35,615 bases of DNA from an uncultured Acidimicrobiaceae bacterium (GTDB taxonomy: Bacteria > Actinomycetota > Acidimicrobiia > Spongiisociales > ZC4RG35), in contig CAZCRP010000002.1 in NCBI GenBank assembly GCA_964501055.1, positions 1-35,615 on the forward strand, read 5' to 3'. The first letter of the stretch is position 1. Each line of letters starts with the position of its first letter. Positions 15,684 through 24,432 of this stretch are shown here, one piece after another. The translations under genes were made by a program, and so were the position numbers. Below the pieces are notes generated by a model. It made no database searches, had not been told where the DNA came from, and saw only the letters and a program-made list of their open reading frames with translations.

Positions 15684-18600
15684 TCAGGGACCAACCAGGT
15701 CAATCAGGTATCTGACGCCGTCGAGGCCCGTCATCGAGAGCTTGATCCCCCCATTGCTGATGTCCTTCTTTCCCTGTTCCAGAATGGGCTTGATGTCGTC
15801 TACATGCCCTCCCGTTGTCACGTAGTCGATCCCGCCGTTGGCTATCGAGAGCTCGATTTGACCGACCTCGCCGGTGGTGAGGTAGTTGTCCACCGCCTCT
15901 TCCACCACCACGTCCAGGCGTTTGACTATCGAGGTGAGAGTGTGTTGCTGCCAGCCCTCCAAAGGGAAGGCTGGCGCCCATGGTAGAGACTTCCACTCCT
16001 CGAATCTCTGGTGCTCATCCCTGTCGACGCCGATGACCCACAATGAGCGGCCCGACCGCACCGCCTCGGCGTGGACAGCCCAGAACACGCCGATGCCGGA
16101 CTCACCCGCCGCATGGAATACCACGTCGGCGCCCTCACTGACGAGAACCTCGGCTCCAAGCCGGCCCAGGTGCACGCTGTTGAAACCGTCCCAACTGAAC
16201 GGGACCCCCGGACTCAGGTACACGGCACCAACCTCGATGTCTGCATCTACGTAGTCCACACCCTGTAGGAACCCCTGGTGAAATGGACGCATGAATGGGA
16301 GGTCGATTCCGACGACTATTCCGACGTGACCAGTCTTGGTCTTGTGAGCGGCGACCACACCAGCGAGGAACCCCATCTCGTCGTGACGGGACACCAGGCA
16401 GATCTCGTTGTCTCTAGCTTCCTCGAGTAGAGCGGGCTGATCGATCCAGGCGAACTTGGTTTGGGGGTAGTCATCGATCAACCGCTGCGCTTCTGGTGCA
16501 TCGGAGAGAAGAGCGATCAGCAGAACCAGGCCGGTTCCCCTCGAGAGGTGACTCTCGATATCGCCGGATGGACGCAGCGCTGCGTCCACCGTGTAATACC
16601 AACGCGCGTTCGCTCCATGCTTGGCGACTGCTCGCTCGAATCCGGCTCCAATCAGCTGCTCGAAAGCTCCATCAACCCCCCGCGTCCAGAGGATGACGTC
16701 TGGTGGGCGCTCGGGGCGGCCCCGAAGCTCGGCCGCTGCATCCAAATACGCTGACTCACTCTTCGTGAGACGGAGGCTGGTCGAGATGCGCCAGTCCTCG
16801 AACCCTTTGAGCCGGTCGCCGCGGAGCAGATAATCCTCTGAGCGGTCGGCCCCTAGCCACTCTTCGGTGGCGGCATCCAGGGCGTAGAGCCGATCGAGGT
16901 CCTCGGAGTGTTCTTCGATCCACGCCGCGAGCTGGGGCCATTCGGTGATCAGATAATCGTGGGCGATCTCCACCACCGCGCCTCCGGAGGCGTCGCGGTC
17001 GAACGTGAGCAGCCTTTGTGACCCGAAAGCCTCGAGGACTCTCTGTAGGGCCACCCGGTCGATATCGAGGTCGAGCAGATCCCGCAGTAGAACCGGACGG
17101 GAGGTGCTGGTGGCCCGACCCTTTTGGATCATCCGAACCATGATTTGCTCGACCAGATCGCGGCCTTCGGCGCCCAGCTCAGCCAGAAGCTCGTCGGCCC
17201 TGCGGGTGAGAGCACCCTGCAGGCCACCCAACCGCTGGTAGTCGTTCAGGGTGAGCCCGTCCGAAGCCTGTTCGAACAATTCGAAGAGGGTGAACTGAAA
17301 GAGCGGCAGCGCTCCCGGCTTACCGCTCATGTCGGCCACCAGCTGTGCCAGCAGAGCAGGCTCCACCTCCACTCCCGCCGCCCGGGCCGGGTGCACCACG
17401 GCCCGCTCGATCTCCTGGGCGGTCATCGGCTTGACGCTGACGACCGAATCGGAGAACACCCCGGCTAGTGAGGACATCGAAAGCGGCCTGTCGTAGTAGT
17501 CGGCTCGCAGCGTGGCCACCACCCGCAGCGGAACACCCTTTTCCTCGACGGCGGTGGCCACTAGCTCGGAGAAACGAGCCGCGGTGTCCGCCGCTGCCAG
17601 GGTGAACAGCTCCTCGAACTGGTCGATGATCAAGACCACCGGCTGGCTGACCGCCGTGGCCAGTGCGGTCGAGTCGCTCTCGAAACGACCCAACAGTGTC
17701 GCCGCCGAGCCCAGCCCGGCCCGATCCATGGCTCGAGCCAGCTCCCAGAGCGGTCTTGGACCCGGGGTGAACAGGACCACGGTCTCACCCCGATTCCGAA
17801 GCTCCGGACTCACCCCTGCCTGGGCTGCACTCGACTTGCCCGAGCCCGAAGGACCCACGATGGAGACAAAACCCGAGCCGCTGTCAAGCTTGTCGAACAC
17901 CTCGGCCACCAGGCTCTCCCGCCCGAAATAGACCTCGGCGTCCTCCTCTGAGAAGGCGCGCAGGCCCCGGTAGGGGTTGCCCAAGGCCTGGGTCGGGGCC
18001 TGAAGATCCAGCGATGGGTCTTGCAGGAGAACACGCTCCTCGAGCCGACGCAGATCCTCAGAAGGCTCAATGCCCAGCTCCTCGGCTAGAAGCTGTTGAT
18101 AGTCCCCGTAGTGACGGAGCGCTTCCGCCTGACGGCCGGAGCGGTAGAGAGCCACCATCTCGATACGACGGGGTCCCTCCCGCATCGGATCGCCTGCGAT
18201 TGCCCGACGAGCCAGATCGCGTGCGTTGTCCAGGTCTCCCTCATCGAGGTTTACCTCGGCCAGAGCCTCCAGAGCATCCGCCCTCAGCTCGCCCAGCCGG
18301 CGTATGTATCCCTGAGCGAACTCCTCATAGGTGAACTCGGCCAGAGGCGCATCGGTCCATGCCTCCAGAGCCTGTTCCAGCTTGGACTTCCCCTCCACCA
18401 CATCACCGGCTCGCAAGGCGGACATGCCTTCACGAACCAGGCCCTGGAACCAAAGGATGTCCACCGAGTCAGGAGGCGCATGGAGCACATATCCGGGAGG
18501 TCTGGTCGCGATGACATCAGCCCGAGACCCACCCGACAGAGCCTTGCGCAGTTCCGAGATGTAGATCTGGACCGAATGCTCGGCAGTCCGGGGCGGGTTC

Positions 18601-18806
18601 TCCCCCCACACCAGGTCGATGATCCGGTCGGTGGGAACGATCTCGTCGGCATGAAGCAGCAAGATGGCGAGGACCGCCCGCTGCTTAGGAGGCCCCAGGT
18701 CGACAGGACCATCGTCCGAGTCCACACTCAGAGGCCCAAACACCCGGAACCTCGGCGAGCTCACCATCTCCTCGCCATCAACTCTACGCCGCGGCCTGTG
18801 CCACAT
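15684..18806 (-). CDS. SARP (wHTH + BTAD) - STAND P-loop NTPase - BMP/PnrA-like binding-domain fusion regulator
   Basis: Maximal ORF is 15684..18827. SD GGGAGGAG lies 8 nt upstream of ATG 18806. The N-terminus is FRVFGPLSV...AILLLHADEIVPTDRIIDLVW plus a BTAD region. The ATPase lead-in is NPYRGLRAFSEEDAEVYFGRE, with Walker A GPSGSGKSS and Walker B VVLIIDQFEELF. The C-terminal ~330 aa are BMP-like (GFLAGVVAAHKTKTGHVGIVVG, VFHAAGESGIGVFWAV, LWVIGVDRDE). Confidence 0.85.
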   Translation of the reverse strand: MWHRPRRRVDGEEMVSSPRFRVFGPLSVDSDDGPVDLGPPKQRAVLAILLLHADEIVPTDRIIDLVWGENPPRTAEHSVQIYISELRKALSGGSRADVIATRPPGYVLHAPPDSVDILWFQGLVREGMSALRAGDVVEGKSKLEQALEAWTDAPLAEFTYEEFAQGYIRRLGELRADALEALAEVNLDEGDLDNARDLARRAIAGDPMREGPRRIEMVALYRSGRQAEALRHYGDYQQLLAEELGIEPSEDLRRLEERVLLQDPSLDLQAPTQALGNPYRGLRAFSEEDAEVYFGRESLVAEVFDKLDSGSGFVSIVGPSGSGKSSAAQAGVSPELRNRGETVVLFTPGPRPLWELARAMDRAGLGSAATLLGRFESDSTALATAVSQPVVLIIDQFEELFTLAAADTAARFSELVATAVEEKGVPLRVVATLRADYYDRPLSMSSLAGVFSDSVVSVKPMTAQEIERAVVHPARAAGVEVEPALLAQLVADMSGKPGALPLFQFTLFELFEQASDGLTLNDYQRLGGLQGALTRRADELLAELGAEGRDLVEQIMVRMIQKGRATSTSRPVLLRDLLDLDIDRVALQRVLEAFGSQRLLTFDRDASGGAVVEIAHDYLITEWPQLAAWIEEHSEDLDRLYALDAATEEWLGADRSEDYLLRGDRLKGFEDWRISTSLRLTKSESAYLDAAAELRGRPERPPDVILWTRGVDGAFEQLIGAGFERAVAKHGANARWYYTVDAALRPSGDIESHLSRGTGLVLLIALLSDAPEAQRLIDDYPQTKFAWIDQPALLEEARDNEICLVSRHDEMGFLAGVVAAHKTKTGHVGIVVGIDLPFMRPFHQGFLQGVDYVDADIEVGAVYLSPGVPFSWDGFNSVHLGRLGAEVLVSEGADVVFHAAGESGIGVFWAVHAEAVRSGRSLWVIGVDRDEHQRFEEWKSLPWAPAFPLEGWQQHTLTSIVKRLDVVVEEAVDNYLTTGEVGQIELSIANGGIDYVTTGGHVDDIKPILEQGKKDISNGGIKLSMTGLDGVRYLIDLVGP

Positions 18807-19014
18807 CGCGGCTACTCCTCCCGCCATCCCCGCTGGAATGTGACCATGTCCTGAGCACGCTGCTCCTGGTGAAGTCCGACGGCGAACACCGCGGTGATGA
18901 ACCGGCGCTCCTCCGCCGATAGGGGCGAGCTCCTCACTGACCCGACCATGACAACTGTCATCCCGGACTGATGACTGCGGGCACTACCGCCTCCACCCCC
19001 TTTCCGGCACGCTC

Positions 19015-19935
19015 ATGTCGAGAAAGGAGAGAACATTGTCAGCAGTACTCGAGGTCAAAGACCTCAGACACAACTATGAAGACGAGCCTGCTCTCGGCGG
19101 GGTGAGCCTCACGGTCGATGAGGGCGAGTTCGTCGCCCTGCTCGGACCCAATGGCGCCGGCAAGACGACCCTGGTCCGCTCGGTCATTTCGTTGATCAAG
19201 CCAACGTCGGGAACGGTCTCGGTGGCCGGTGGCGACCCCGCGCACGCAGCGGTGCGTCGACGGGTCGGCGTCGTGCAACAGGAAGTGGGATTCCCCCGCA
19301 CACTCACCGTGGGCGAGGTGGTCGACGGGGCGGCGGCAAGAGCCGGTGTCGAACCCTCCGCCGTGGAGAGGGTGCTCGACGAGATGGGTCTGGGCGGGCT
19401 GCGCAAGCGCCGTTCGTCCGATCTGTCCGGGGGCCAGCAGCAGCGACTCCAGCTTGCTATGGGTCTCGTCGCCGACCCCGTCCTCCTGGTACTCGACGAG
19501 CCCACCGTCGGTCTCGACGTGTCGGCCCGGCGCGCATTCTGGGAGACGCTGGCGGAACGACGTCGGCAGGGAGCCGGGATCCTCCTCACCACCCATATCG
19601 TGGAGGAGGCGTCGGCCGTAGCCGACCGTGTCGTGGTGCTAGACGAAGGAGTGGTCGTCGCCGAGGGCACCCCCGACGAGTTGAAGCGGATCCTGCCAGG
19701 GCGCCGCATCACTGCGCGCACCGGCATCCCCGTGGAGACGATCCGAACCGCCGAAGGGGTGGTCAATGCCACTGCCCGGGATGGCCTGGTCCTCATCACG
19801 GCCATCGAGGCGGAGCCTGTCGTGCGCCTCCTTCTCGACCTCGATGAGCAATTGTCCGATTTGGTGGTGGCCATGCCCTCCTTGGACGAGGTGCTGTTCG
19901 AGCTCACCGACCCTGGAAGGAAGGTGGCCGCATGA
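19015..19935 (+). CDS. ABC transporter ATP-binding protein (ABC-2 exporter type)
   Basis: Walker A GPNGAGKTT, signature LSGGQQQR and Walker B LLVLDEPT. An alternative TTG start at 19036 follows SD AAAGGAGA. Confidence 0.85.
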   Translation: MSRKERTLSAVLEVKDLRHNYEDEPALGGVSLTVDEGEFVALLGPNGAGKTTLVRSVISLIKPTSGTVSVAGGDPAHAAVRRRVGVVQQEVGFPRTLTVGEVVDGAAARAGVEPSAVERVLDEMGLGGLRKRRSSDLSGGQQQRLQLAMGLVADPVLLVLDEPTVGLDVSARRAFWETLAERRRQGAGILLTTHIVEEASAVADRVVVLDEGVVVAEGTPDELKRILPGRRITARTGIPVETIRTAEGVVNATARDGLVLITAIEAEPVVRLLLDLDEQLSDLVVAMPSLDEVLFELTDPGRKVAA

Positions 19936-20657
19936 ACCCCCGAATGTTGCGACTGGAAATCCGAGACGAGCTGTTGGCGATCCTGAGGGAGCCGACTGCG
20001 TTGTTCTTCTCGGTGCTGATGCCGGTCTTGTTCTACGCCATGTTCACTGCCATGTTCGGCGCTGAAGGGTCGGCCGACGCCGCCATCATCGCCCCCTTCG
20101 GGACGTTCGCCGTCCTTGCCGTGGTGATGATGAGCCCCGGGATAGGTCTCGCCGACGCCCGGGAGCGAGGATGGCTGCGAGTGAAGCGGGTGTCGGGGAC
20201 ACCCCTGTGGGTCACCCTCGTGGCCAAGGTAATGGCTGCCCTCCCCTACGCGGTGGCCGTGCTGTTGGCGATGACCACCGTCGCGGTGCTGGTCGCTTCG
20301 ATGTCCATCGACATCGCAGTGCTGGCCAGGGTCTACCTCGTACTGGTGCTGGGTGCCGTGCCGTTCGCGCTGTTCAGCCTTGCGGTCGGCGCACGGGCGG
20401 GGACCAATGCCTCGGCCGCCATCCTCAACGCCGTGCTGATGCCGATGGTCGTTGCTTCGGGACTGTGGTTCCCCCACGAGATCATGCCCCGCTGGGCGGT
20501 TGCCATCGGCGAGCTTCTGCCCACTTACCACCTCGCCCAACTGGCGACTGCCCAGATCGAAGGTGGGCCCTGGGCGGGGCACCTGGTGGTGCTCGGCCTG
20601 ACCGCGGTGGTCGGTGCGGCAGCGGCGGCGTTTGCCTACCGTTCAGCTCGACCGTGA
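19932..20657 (+). CDS. ABC-2 family transporter permease
   Basis: Six hydrophobic segments. ATGA overlap with the ATPase gene. 241 aa. Confidence 0.8.
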   Translation: MNPRMLRLEIRDELLAILREPTALFFSVLMPVLFYAMFTAMFGAEGSADAAIIAPFGTFAVLAVVMMSPGIGLADARERGWLRVKRVSGTPLWVTLVAKVMAALPYAVAVLLAMTTVAVLVASMSIDIAVLARVYLVLVLGAVPFALFSLAVGARAGTNASAAILNAVLMPMVVASGLWFPHEIMPRWAVAIGELLPTYHLAQLATAQIEGGPWAGHLVVLGLTAVVGAAAAAFAYRSARP

Positions 20658-21754
20658 ACCAGGAGCCAGCCACGTCGGGGAAGTCGGAGCGTCGCTCCCA
20701 CTTGCCCGACTGGCTGTACCTGGTCTTTCTTGTCTTCGTCTTTCTCGGCCCGGTCTTCGACCCCACGGCCACATCGGCCGACTGGGTAGTGGCCGCAGTC
20801 ACCGTGGTCGTAAGCGCCGTGATCTACCTGGTCGGAGGCATGTATCGGCAGCTTCGCACCGGAGCGGCGGTGGCACTGCTCGCAGTGGGGGTCATCGCGA
20901 CATGGCTGGGAACCTCTGCCATGGGGGTGATCCCGATCTATGCCGCTGCCCTCGCCGCTGGTTTCGTGCCCCGGCGTGTTCTGATGTGGCGTTTGGCCGC
21001 CATCACCCTGCTCACGCTGCTGACAGTGCCACTTTCGCCGATTCCTCCGCCCTACTTGTTCCTCGTCTACGCCCCCGCCATCCCCCTCACCTGGTTGATC
21101 GGCTTCTCGGTCCAGGAGGGGATCGACCTGAGCAGAGAGGCCCACTCGCTGAGGGCCGAAAGGGCGCGAGTCCAGTACTTGGCAACCATCACCGAGCGGG
21201 AGCGGATCGCCCGAGACCTCCACGACCTGGTCGGCCAGGCGCTCACCGCCGTCACGTTGCGCAGCGAACTGGTGCAACGTCTGGCGGTTACCGACCCGGA
21301 GCGGGCGAGAGACGAGGCGGCCGCCATCGAGGCAACCGCTCGGGAGACCTTGGGAAATCTGCGGGAGACGGTCGCCGGATGGCAGCAGGTCGACTTGAGC
21401 GACGAGATCGACAAGGCATCCAAGACCCTGGACGCCGCCGGCGTCGAGACCAACGTCGACGGGGAGCGGCGCACGGATCTCGCTCCCTCGATCGAGACGG
21501 TGCTCGCTCTGGCGCTGCGGGAGGCGGTCACCAATGTCGTGCGTCATGCCCATGCACGGTCGTGTCACATCAGCCTCGACGGCCGACCCGGCGAGGTCTC
21601 GCTCCTCGTCACCGACGACGGCGTCGGAATCAGGGCTCCGGAGGGGTCTGGTCTGCGCGGGATGCGCGAGCGGGTGCTCGCGGCCGGAGGCTCGATGGAG
21701 TTGGCGACGGGACGTGGGACCAGACTTCGCGTCACGATCCCGGTGGGTGGGTAG
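20654..21754 (+). CDS. Sensor histidine kinase, HisKA_3 (DesK/NarX-like)
   Basis: GTG 20654 overlaps the permease stop (GTGA). The N-terminal half is hydrophobic. The H-box is ERERIARDLHDLVGQALT, and the HATPase region includes NVVRHA and DDGVG. The ORF from 20171 is an upstream extension. Confidence 0.85.
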   Translation: MNQEPATSGKSERRSHLPDWLYLVFLVFVFLGPVFDPTATSADWVVAAVTVVVSAVIYLVGGMYRQLRTGAAVALLAVGVIATWLGTSAMGVIPIYAAALAAGFVPRRVLMWRLAAITLLTLLTVPLSPIPPPYLFLVYAPAIPLTWLIGFSVQEGIDLSREAHSLRAERARVQYLATITERERIARDLHDLVGQALTAVTLRSELVQRLAVTDPERARDEAAAIEATARETLGNLRETVAGWQQVDLSDEIDKASKTLDAAGVETNVDGERRTDLAPSIETVLALALREAVTNVVRHAHARSCHISLDGRPGEVSLLVTDDGVGIRAPEGSGLRGMRERVLAAGGSMELATGRGTRLRVTIPVGG

Positions 21755-22356
21755 TGATTCGCGTGGTTCTCGCCGAGGACCAGGCGATGGTGCTCAGCGC
21801 CTTCGCCTCGCTCCTCGAACTGGAGGACGACATTGAGGTCGTGGCCACCGCCGCCAACGGGGAGGAAGCCCTGGCAGCGGTGGGCGAGCACCGGCCCGAC
21901 GTCCTACTCACCGATATCGAGATGCCCCTCCTCAGCGGTCTCGACGTTGCCCGAAGGGTCGCCGGCGATGGTTTGGCGGTACGGGTGGTCATCTTCACCA
22001 CCTTTGCCCGTGCCGGCTATCTGCGGCGCGCCCTGGACGCAGGGGTTGCCGGCTATGTGCTCAAGGATGCGCCCATCACCGACCTGGTGGACGCCCTGCG
22101 CCGTGTCCACGGGGGAGAACGGGTGGTTGCTCCAGAGCTGGCGGTGGCGGCCTGGGGTGACGCCGACCCACTGACCGATCGCGAGAGAGACGTGCTGCGT
22201 CTCGTCGGGGAGGGTCTGCCCAACTCCGAGATCTCCGAGCGGATCCACCTATCCGAAGGCACGGTGCGCAACTATCTGTCGTCAGCCATCGTCAAGCTGG
22301 GGGCTCGAAACCGCACCGAGGCTTTCGCCTTCGCCAGGGACAAGGGATACCTGTGA
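21754..22356 (+). CDS. NarL/LuxR-family response regulator
   Basis: GTG 21754 abuts the kinase stop. The receiver is VVLAEDQ...DVLLTDIEMP. The LuxR HTH is LTDRERDVLRLVGEGLPNSEISERIHLSEGTVRNYLSSAIVKLG. Confidence 0.9.
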   Translation: MIRVVLAEDQAMVLSAFASLLELEDDIEVVATAANGEEALAAVGEHRPDVLLTDIEMPLLSGLDVARRVAGDGLAVRVVIFTTFARAGYLRRALDAGVAGYVLKDAPITDLVDALRRVHGGERVVAPELAVAAWGDADPLTDRERDVLRLVGEGLPNSEISERIHLSEGTVRNYLSSAIVKLGARNRTEAFAFARDKGYL

Positions 22357-22617
22357 ATTTGACGGGACTCGAAACAGTGGCCGACTCGCTACGAACGAGT
22401 GTCGAGAGGGGACTCGACCCGTGGTGGCGATCTGGTCGCACAACGACTGGTGATCGGTTTGTTGGTGACAGGTTGGCATGGATGAGGAACCTCGCGCCTG
22501 ACACGTGAGAGGGAGTTCGCGCTCCTGGACGGCGGCGGCGGCGTACTCCAACGCCGCCGGGATGTCCTCAGGCTCGAGATCCGCCAGAGGACCGATCGTT
22601 GACCCCGCTACCCTTCG

Positions 22618-23187
22618 ATGGGAGCCACACAGGATCGGGAAGTGACCACCGAGGCTCAACTCCGCAAGGCTGCGCTTGCCCTGCCCGAGGTAGAGGAGGG
22701 AACCCACTTCGGCATGGTGGCCTTCTCCGTACGAACGAAGGGGTTCGCTTCGGTCACCCAGGATGCGCACCTGCTGTTGTACCTCCCCGACGATGATGCC
22801 GAAGCGGCCCTGTCCGACCATCCCACTGGCGAACGCCTGGTGCGCATGGGCACGCCTATCGGGATTCGCATACCTCTGGCCGACCTCGATGGTCAGGCAC
22901 TCAACTCGCTGGTGCGGAGGGCGTGGTTCTCCCGGGCGCCGAAGAGACTCGCCGCCGCGCTGGCGGACGCGGACTCTGCCGCGCCGGGGGAGGCGGGTGA
23001 TCTGCCTTCGAGAATCGGCCGACCGGCTACCCGGGCACTGGCAGGAGCAGGCATCACGACGTTGGACGATGTGGCCGTCCGCAGCGAGCAAGAGCTCCTG
23101 GCCCTACACGGGGTTGGACCCAAGGCGGTTCGCATCCTGTTCGAGGCGGTGGGGGAACGCCAGCGGCGGCTGGGGAGCGAAGCATAA
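22618..23187 (+). CDS. MmcQ/YjbR-like protein with C-terminal helix-hairpin-helix segment
   Basis: ALALPEVEEGTHFGMVAFSVRTKGFASV resembles the YjbR family. The C-terminus LLALHGVGPKAVRILFEAV is HhH-like. The start is uncertain; GTG 22642 is possible. Confidence 0.65.
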   Translation: MGATQDREVTTEAQLRKAALALPEVEEGTHFGMVAFSVRTKGFASVTQDAHLLLYLPDDDAEAALSDHPTGERLVRMGTPIGIRIPLADLDGQALNSLVRRAWFSRAPKRLAAALADADSAAPGEAGDLPSRIGRPATRALAGAGITTLDDVAVRSEQELLALHGVGPKAVRILFEAVGERQRRLGSEA

Positions 23188-23205
23188 GGGTCGGGTGGCA
23201 CACAG

Positions 23206-24089
23206 TTGAGTGACGTGTCCGTGTTGGGTACCGGAGCGATGGGCAGCGCCCTGGTGGAGGCGTTGGCTGGTTCGGGAGCCGAGGTGGCGGCGTGGAACCG
23301 GACCAGGGGGAAGGTCGAGGCACTCTCTCGCCCGCGGGTCCGCTTGGCGGAATCGGTTGCCGAGACGCTCATGTCGAGTCCGCTCACCATCGTGTCGGTG
23401 TCGGACCACGTAGTGGCGCGTGCGCTTGTGAAGGAGGCGGGAGTCGATCTGGCAGGCAAGGTCGTGGCCTCCACTTCCCCTGTCACCCCGGCTCAGGCCC
23501 GGGCCTTCGATGCCGTGTGAAGGCGGCGGGGGGGCACTACCTGGACCTGGCCATCCTGGCGAATGCCAGCGAGGTCCGATCTGCGGCTGGGGTCTTCCTC
23601 GTCTCGGGAGACCGCGTCGCCTACGAGGCGCACCGTGAATGGTTGGAGCGGATCGGGATGGTGACCTACGTCGACGACGCACCCGGGGCGGCATACGTCA
23701 GCGGGATGGCGGTCGTGATCCCCTACCTGCCCTTGGTGGTCGGCCTCGTGCAGGGGCGGCACCTCTGCAGGCAGCACGATGTTCCGCTTGAGTGGTTCGA
23801 GAGTACGGTCCTCGAGTTCTACCCCCGCCAGATCCGGTTGCTTCTGGAACTGCTCACCGCGAAAGCGGACCCGTCGGCGGCAGACGCGGAGGGATCCGTC
23901 GACGTCATGGGTGATTGGGCGGCTGAGTTCGCCGCCCAACTCCGGGACATGGGCCTCGACATGCACGACGCGCTGCACCAGTTGTTCGCCGCTGCCTCCG
24001 AAGCCGGATACGGTGACGCAGCCTGGACGCGCATCGCGGAACACACGACGAACCGCGAGGAGACACCGGAGCGGTCACCGGATCCGTGA
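23206..24089 (+). pseudogene. NAD(P)-dependent oxidoreductase (beta-hydroxyacid dehydrogenase / imine reductase-like), frameshifted
   Basis: Frame 1 (TTG 23206) gives VSVLGTGAMGSALVEAL... (a Rossmann GxGxxG) and stops at 23518-23520. The expected continuation VKAAGGHYLDLAILA... runs in frame 3 to 24089. The break lies within about 23500-23520, at a GTGTG context. Confidence 0.65.
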
Positions 24090-24278
24090 CCTCCTCCAGC
24101 AATCGCCACCAGACAGCCGTCGCGACTCAGATCGACACGAGGGGGCGATTCCCCGAGCTGGCGTGGCGGCGACGGTCTTCCGGTCCGCGATCGAGCGGTT
24201 CACGATGTGAGCCGCCACGCCCGACGACGCTGCAACCCGGGCTGGCGCTAGCCGCGCCGCCGTGCCGGCGGACCGCGG

Positions 24279-24407
24279 TTACTGGGCGACCGCGGCGCCG
24301 CCGATGGAGATCGCCAGGTCGAGTGGATCAACCAGGAAGTTCGAGATGCCGCCGCTGCTGATCCCTGCGATCAGCCACAGGGTGCCGGCCAGGCGTTGTC
24401 CACCCAT
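24279..24407 (-). CDS. Small hydrophobic ORF (42 aa), hypothetical
   Basis: The product is MGGQRLAGTLWLIAGISSGGISNFLVDPLDLAISIGGAAVAQ. It lies 25 nt downstream of the methyltransferase stop on the same strand. By hand count about 35 of 42 codons end in G/C. I see no recognisable homology. Confidence 0.35.
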   Translation of the reverse strand: MGGQRLAGTLWLIAGISSGGISNFLVDPLDLAISIGGAAVAQ

Positions 24408-24432
24408 CGAGGAATCTCTTTCGGCTGGAAAC

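Noticed and set aside
15670-15684. The hairpin ACCGGC-GAC-GUCGGU directly after the SARP-STAND-BMP stop codon, considered as a SECIS element.
   Set aside because: It has a 6-bp stem and a 3-nt loop built around a GACGTC palindrome. It is much smaller than known bacterial SECIS hairpins and lacks a comparable apical loop. It does not support Sec insertion by itself.
20614-21753. Upstream extensions of maximal ORFs. Examples are 20614..22356 (first ~380 codons), 7160, 7669, 10320, 13779, 20171, 24433..25476 (upstream 133 codons), 26842..27975, 31727, 32206 and 33897.
   Set aside because: The extensions overlap the preceding gene and look non-protein-like. Internal ATG/GTG starts coincide with ATGA/GTGA stop-start overlaps or SD sequences, and with the expected N-termini of the families.
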